DNA of 11,493 bases, taken from Candidatus Micrarchaeia archaeon. Lineage in GTDB: Archaea; Micrarchaeota; Micrarchaeia; Norongarragalinales; UBA8480. The position numbers were made by a program, and so were the translations under genes. Of this stretch, positions 7,476 to 11,493 are shown piece by piece; positions within the stretch are counted from its first letter, which is position 1; every line of letters starts with the position of its first letter. The notes beneath the pieces are model-generated. The model did no database searches. It had not been told where the DNA came from and worked only from the letters and a program-made list of their open reading frames with translations. The DNA lies in contig JBAMLY010000002.1 in the NCBI GenBank assembly GCA_039794045.1, forward strand, positions 36,031-47,523, in the 5' to 3' direction.

Positions 7476-7489
7476 AGGCTTTCAAGCCA

Positions 7490-8488
7490 TCAAAAAATTT
7501 GTTTGACGCGCGCGCCGTGGAAAGCTGCGGCTTCATTGACGCACTCGCTTAAAGCTCTTGCAACGAGTTCGGGCGAGCCTTTCGCGCCGCCGACAAAGTC
7601 GTGTCCGCCGCCGCTTCCCCGCATGGCTTTGCCTATGATTTCCATGAGTTTCCCGATGCTCGCGCCCTGCATTCCTTCGGCCTTGACGCCGGAAATTCTG
7701 CCTTCATGATCGTTTCCCACGAAGGCGTAGTCAGCTCCTGCTTCTGTCAAGGCGGCAGCGCACTGGAGTTCGAAAGCGTGTGATTGAGCGACGGCGGCGA
7801 CGAATTTATGCTTGCCGGCTTCAAGCGAGTAAACCCTGGCGCTAGAAAGCGCTTTAAGTACGGCAATGCGTTGCGACAAGTCAGGGCGGGGGAGCACTAG
7901 AGAGCGAACTTTTTCGTAGTTCCAGTCCTTGCTTTCGAGGAATGCAAGCAGTTCTCCCAGCGCTGCGTAGGAACTTGAGTTTGCGCTCTTCAGGAAGGCG
8001 GTGTCGCTTAGTATGCCTGCGGCAAGCAGTAATGCAGTGCGCCAGTCTTTTTTAGTCTTGTTTTTCTTCAGCATTTCGTGAAGTATTTCCGAGCAACTTG
8101 AGCGGTTTGGGAGGACGTGGCATTTAGCTCCAGGGATTTTCTTTGAGTGCAAGTGGTGGTCTATGACGACTAGTTTTTTCTTGTGCGCGAACTCCTCGAA
8201 TTCGCTTGCAAGGCTTCCAAGCAGCGAGGAAGTGCTCACGTCCACTAATACGGCGTTGTCGAATTCGTTGAGCTCTCCTTTTTTCAGCAACCTAATTTTC
8301 AAGCCAGTTGCTTCTGCTATTTTTGTTGCGTGCGCGGCTGGCTTGTCCGGAAAAGCAACGACTGCGCCTGGAACTATTTTGGCTGCCGCGAAAGCGCTTG
8401 CGAGCGCGTCCGCGTCCGCGAGGGAATGCGCGCTTATGAGGGTTCTTCCCTTTAAGGCCTTTAATTCTTGGAGTGCTTTCTCCGGCAT
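7490..8488 (-). CDS. DHH/DHHA1-family phosphoesterase (NrnA/RecJ-like)
   Basis: HSLADADA, LVDVS, IDHH, GILSDT and GGGH motifs. Conserved position after pfdB. Confidence 0.92.
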   Translation of the reverse strand: MPEKALQELKALKGRTLISAHSLADADALASAFAAAKIVPGAVVAFPDKPAAHATKIAEATGLKIRLLKKGELNEFDNAVLVDVSTSSLLGSLASEFEEFAHKKKLVVIDHHLHSKKIPGAKCHVLPNRSSCSEILHEMLKKNKTKKDWRTALLLAAGILSDTAFLKSANSSSYAALGELLAFLESKDWNYEKVRSLVLPRPDLSQRIAVLKALSSARVYSLEAGKHKFVAAVAQSHAFELQCAAALTEAGADYAFVGNDHEGRISGVKAEGMQGASIGKLMEIIGKAMRGSGGGHDFVGGAKGSPELVARALSECVNEAAAFHGARVKQIF

Positions 8489-8516
8489 AAAATCAGGGAG
8501 GAATGGTGTGGTTTTA

Positions 8517-8888
8517 TTACTTTGCGGTTGCGCCTTCGCCTGTGTAACCTTTTTTCTCGGCTGAGGCCATTGATTGAAGTTTTTTCTGTAGTTCGACGAG
8601 GCGCTGCCTTATCTTGTCTTCTTGTTTCTGGAAAATGTTTTTACGCATTTCAAGCGATTCTTTTTCTTCTGCTAGCTCTTTTTCTAGCGCGTCCTTTTTT
8701 TTGGGGACTATCACGCTTCCAGTAAACCTGTAAAAGCTTCCCTCGCTTTTCTTGACTTCCTCGATTGCCTTGTCTAATTCGGCTGACTGCAGCATGAGTT
8801 GTTGTTTCTGCATTGAAGCGAGTTGAAGTTGTTGCTGTAGTTGCTGGAACTCCATTAACTCTTTCTTTAGTTCTTCGCTCATTTCCAT
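8517..8888 (-). CDS. pfdB: Prefoldin beta subunit
   Basis: FQQLQQQLQ...QKQQ coiled coil, YRFTGSVIV hairpin, second coiled coil. Follows pcc1. SD GGTGGTG. Confidence 0.95.
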   Translation of the reverse strand: MEMSEELKKELMEFQQLQQQLQLASMQKQQLMLQSAELDKAIEEVKKSEGSFYRFTGSVIVPKKKDALEKELAEEKESLEMRKNIFQKQEDKIRQRLVELQKKLQSMASAEKKGYTGEGATAK

Positions 8889-8958
8889 TTAGGGCACCAC
8901 CTTAGCTGTAAAGCGAAATACGCGTGCTTTCAAAGAAAGTAATTTTGGCTGTATTCCT

Positions 8959-9222
8959 TTAACTATTTTTTGTTTGCAGCGCGTTTTGTGCGTCCAAAAC
9001 AATTTTTACGTCGCGCAAGAAACTCGTGCAGCGAGCCCGCAAGGCTGCGAAGTCTGCAGCGGTGACGGTAGCGTGAAGCTCTTCTTTTTCTGCTTCAAGC
9101 TTGAGCGCCGCCCTTCCTGTTTCTTCTTCGTCTCTTGCTTTCGCGTTCGCCGACGACAATATTTTGAGGGCGCGCCGCGCTTTTTTTTCGTCGCCAAACT
9201 TTATCGAGAACTCGGCTTTCAC
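8959..9222 (-). CDS. pcc1: KEOPS complex subunit Pcc1
   Basis: A.F.I.F.D...A......L...R...L......L...V.A.D..ALRA...SFLR pattern. Synteny with Brix and pfdB. GTG start. Confidence 0.88.
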   Translation of the reverse strand: MKAEFSIKFGDEKKARRALKILSSANAKARDEEETGRAALKLEAEKEELHATVTAADFAALRARCTSFLRDVKIVLDAQNALQTKNS

Positions 9223-9228
9223 TGCAAA

Positions 9229-10851
9229 TCACTTTTTTGTGCTGCGCTTTTCTTCTTTGCTTGCCATCAACTCTCGGCTTTGTTCTTCTACGACGTTCAA
9301 GTTAGTCATCAGCGAATTGTACTTGCCCATTAACTCGTTGTAGATGTTCTCGCTTATTTCTTTGTTGTCGAATGCTTCTCTTATTACGCTCATTTCCGTG
9401 GTAAGCATTTTTTTTGCGAAAAACACTCTGTTGCGTTCTTCCAAGCTAGGATTCTTTTTAGCGAGGTCCGTCATTACTTTCTCTATTTCTTTTATTAAGC
9501 ACCCGTGTCGTTCGCTTAACTCTCTGTAAATCTTTTGCGGCACCAGGCCTTCTCTTGCTTCCTCGTCGAGCCTGCGCTTTGCAATCTGCATTGCTTTAAG
9601 CTCTGCCGTCAAAGCCCGGTATTCCTCGTCCTCACTATTTTCAGTAAAATGTAGCAACGCTTTCGAGACGCGGCTCGCCGAAAGCGAGGTGATTACTATG
9701 GTGGTAATTATCACTATTATTGTGATGCCGAAAATTGCGTTCGCTTGTCCTACAGGGAAAAAGCCGGCAGTTGCTTTTGACACGAGGAGGCTTGCCAGCG
9801 CCGCGCTCACGGTTCCGCGGGGGCTTCCAACCCATGAGATGAAGAGTTTTTCCCGCAAGTTAAAGTTTCTTTCCAGCGCCAAGCTCAAAATCACGGTGGC
9901 GGGGCGAACCAAGTAAACGAAGGCGAGGGCGATTAAGAGGCCGATTGACAGGTAGGGGCTGATGGTCGAAAAACTAATGCTTGAGCCAAGCAACAAGAAA
10001 ATCGCTGCTATAGCGAGAAAGTTGAGTTCGTCCCATCCGTTGAAGGCGTAAAGCCGCGGGAAGGACTCTACTTTGGGGCTGCGCAAATAAGAACCAAACA
10101 CTATGGCTGCGACGACGCACGCTATCACGCCGCTTGCTCCAAAGTATTCCGCTAATCCGTACGCCGCCAACAAAATCACTATTGAAATGAACATCAAGTC
10201 GTGCTCTATCTTCAACTGCTTCAGCACTTCAGTGAACAACACGCCGACCGCGAAGCCGACTACAGTGCTTGCAACCAGCAAGAACAAGAATTTTGCCAGC
10301 GCGCTTTCCAGGCTCACGGCCGCGCCGGTAGCGAATCCCAGCAACACCAAGAAAATGCTGATCGCCGTCGCGTCATTGAATGCGGTTTCTGCTTCCAGCA
10401 CGCTGGACAACCGCTTTGAAATGTTGAGTTTTTGGAGGACGGGAATTATTGCTGCCGGGTCTGTGGACGACAAAATGGCGCCAACCAGGAAAGCCGTCAC
10501 CCAGTCGAAGCCAAACAAGAAGTGCAAGCACAAGCCAATGCCGCTCACGGTAACGAATACGGCGATGGTAATCATTGAAGCGACTGACTTCCAGCTTTCC
10601 CGCAAGTTGGAGGGGCTGGTCTTCAAGCCGTCGTAAAACAAGATGAACGGAATGGCGGCGGCTGCAATAAAGCTCAAGTCAATTCCAAGCTGGGCGGGCT
10701 TAAGCAAGTTCAGCACGTCGGGGCCAATCAAGTAACCAGTAATCAGCAACGGAATAGGGGTTGGCACGCGCAAGTACTTGCCTATCTTGGCGGCCGTGAG
10801 CCCAGCTAGAATCAATAAAATGATTTGCACTAGCACTGCGAGCTCGAGCAA
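9229..10851 (-). CDS. CPA1 (NhaP-type) cation/H+ antiporter with a cytoplasmic helical C-terminal tail
   Basis: About 12-13 TM segments; ILFYDG, SSTDP, LEAETAFND and SPRG signature motifs; roughly 140-aa soluble tail. TTG start, SD GAGGAG. Confidence 0.92.
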   Translation of the reverse strand: MLELAVLVQIILLILAGLTAAKIGKYLRVPTPIPLLITGYLIGPDVLNLLKPAQLGIDLSFIAAAAIPFILFYDGLKTSPSNLRESWKSVASMITIAVFVTVSGIGLCLHFLFGFDWVTAFLVGAILSSTDPAAIIPVLQKLNISKRLSSVLEAETAFNDATAISIFLVLLGFATGAAVSLESALAKFLFLLVASTVVGFAVGVLFTEVLKQLKIEHDLMFISIVILLAAYGLAEYFGASGVIACVVAAIVFGSYLRSPKVESFPRLYAFNGWDELNFLAIAAIFLLLGSSISFSTISPYLSIGLLIALAFVYLVRPATVILSLALERNFNLREKLFISWVGSPRGTVSAALASLLVSKATAGFFPVGQANAIFGITIIVIITTIVITSLSASRVSKALLHFTENSEDEEYRALTAELKAMQIAKRRLDEEAREGLVPQKIYRELSERHGCLIKEIEKVMTDLAKKNPSLEERNRVFFAKKMLTTEMSVIREAFDNKEISENIYNELMGKYNSLMTNLNVVEEQSRELMASKEEKRSTKK

Positions 10852-10909
10852 GAAAAATCTCCTCGCAAAAATAACTCGCAGGCGTTAAAAAAGGTTTGGC
10901 GTGAAGGCT

Positions 10910-11359
10910 TTAATGCAAAAATATTTTTGGGCCGATTTCCTCGCCGTTGAAGGAAAAACAAATTTTTTTGGATGAAACCCGTGCTTCCACGAACTCGCCT
11001 TCGGGTTCTCTCAAGTCAAGCAATTTTGCTACCTTCTCGCCGAACTCGTCTTCTGCGACTACCTTAGTTTCTCGTGGCACTTCAACGCGCGACTTTGGGG
11101 GGAAGACGACGCTGCGAAGGCGGATTTCTGGTTCGCGCCAGTCTGCGTCCCACACCGCGATGCGGTCGGGGTTGCCGTTCCTCTCGTAAACGAACAAGAT
11201 TTTCTTCAAGCCAAGCGTTCTCGCTCGCTCGCGAACTTCGTCAAAGCTTTTCTTGCCGCGGTTCTCGTACTCGGCGGCGAGCAGTAGTTCAAGCCAGCGC
11301 GCGAGCCGCCGCGTGAGCTGAGACGGTTTTCGGGAAGTCGTCACGTAAATTGAGCTCAT
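10910..11359 (-). CDS. Brix/Imp4-domain ribosome biogenesis protein
   Basis: MSSIYVTTSRKPSQLTRRLAR...RGKKS...YERNGNP...IGPKI is the archaeal Brix signature. The real start is ATG at 11359; the ORF-track extension to 11455 runs through tRNA sequence. Confidence 0.92.
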   Translation of the reverse strand: MSSIYVTTSRKPSQLTRRLARWLELLLAAEYENRGKKSFDEVRERARTLGLKKILFVYERNGNPDRIAVWDADWREPEIRLRSVVFPPKSRVEVPRETKVVAEDEFGEKVAKLLDLREPEGEFVEARVSSKKICFSFNGEEIGPKIFLH

Positions 11360-11389
11360 GCAAACCAGTTTTTCAGTTAAATAAAAAAG

Positions 11390-11493
11390 CGCCGGGTAGG
11401 AGATTTTCGGCAGCCTCTTCTTTTTTTCAAGAAAAGAAAGGGAGGTTGGATGCAATCCTTGTTGGAGGTTTTTGTTTCTTTTCTTTGACTCGT
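11390..11493 (-). tRNA. 3' part of a second intron-containing tRNA (5' part lies outside the window); identity unknown, G73 with a GCC- acceptor fits Asn/Asp/Ser
   Basis: Minus strand ...GGCTGC-CGAA-AA|T-CTCCT-ACCCGGC-G-CTTTTTT. This gives U60, a T-stem 3' strand starting at C61, an acceptor 3' strand, the discriminator and a U-tract. It is preceded by a BHB half (CGAA complementary to TTCG) of the same design as the tRNA-Gln intron. Confidence 0.78.
11404..11450 (-). other. Predicted 47-nt 59/60 tRNA intron related to the tRNA-Gln intron
   Basis: T-C-CAACCTC...pyrimidine/purine hairpin...GAGGCTG-C-CGAA-AA, compared with T-A-CAACCTC...AAGGTTG-C-CGGA-AT in tRNA-Gln. Confidence 0.72.

Noticed and set aside
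5830..10636. Alternative-frame and antisense ORFs (e.g. 5830-6255, 5863-6369, 8163-8564, 10103-10636)
   Set aside because: They are shadows of well-supported genes with no recognisable motifs.
11360..11455. 32-aa N-terminal extension of the Brix ORF given in the ORF track
   Set aside because: It overlaps the tRNA 3' exon and intron; Brix homology starts at ATG 11359.
11451..11470. Reading ACCTC-CAAC-AAGGA-TTGCA as a normal middle tRNA exon (anticodon 3' arm, variable loop, T arm)
   Set aside because: It would need an A53-U61 pair, an A-A mismatch and a TTGCATC loop, and it pairs poorly with CGAA. The stacked-intron or long-intron reading fits better, though this cannot be fully excluded without upstream sequence.
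1..11493. CRISPR array, transposase, integrase or prophage
   Set aside because: I saw no regularly spaced repeats, no recombinase motifs and no duplicated tRNA-Gln 3' end (att site). The second tRNA 3' end is a different sequence.

Overview
Archaeal chromosomal window, probably from a DPANN lineage (Micrarchaeota-like; this is an inference from gene content and style). The minus strand carries the tail of the conserved archaeal exosome superoperon (Brix/Imp4, pcc1, pfdB, DHH phosphoesterase) with a CPA1 Na+/H+ antiporter inserted in it. It also carries an orphan Mre11-like nuclease, a 1321-aa membrane-anchored beta-helix surface glycoprotein, a small membrane protein and a GT2 glycosyltransferase. 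The plus strand has rps17e, a small EamA/DMT-like transporter and a broken beta-propeller repeat fragment at the left edge. The most notable signal lies outside the ORF track. A tRNA-Gln(TTG) has a 58-nt BHB intron at the non-canonical T-loop position 59/60. The 3' end of a second tRNA at the right edge carries a related 59/60 intron, apparently preceded by another intron, which would leave a single-nucleotide exon and force an ordered splicing pathway.
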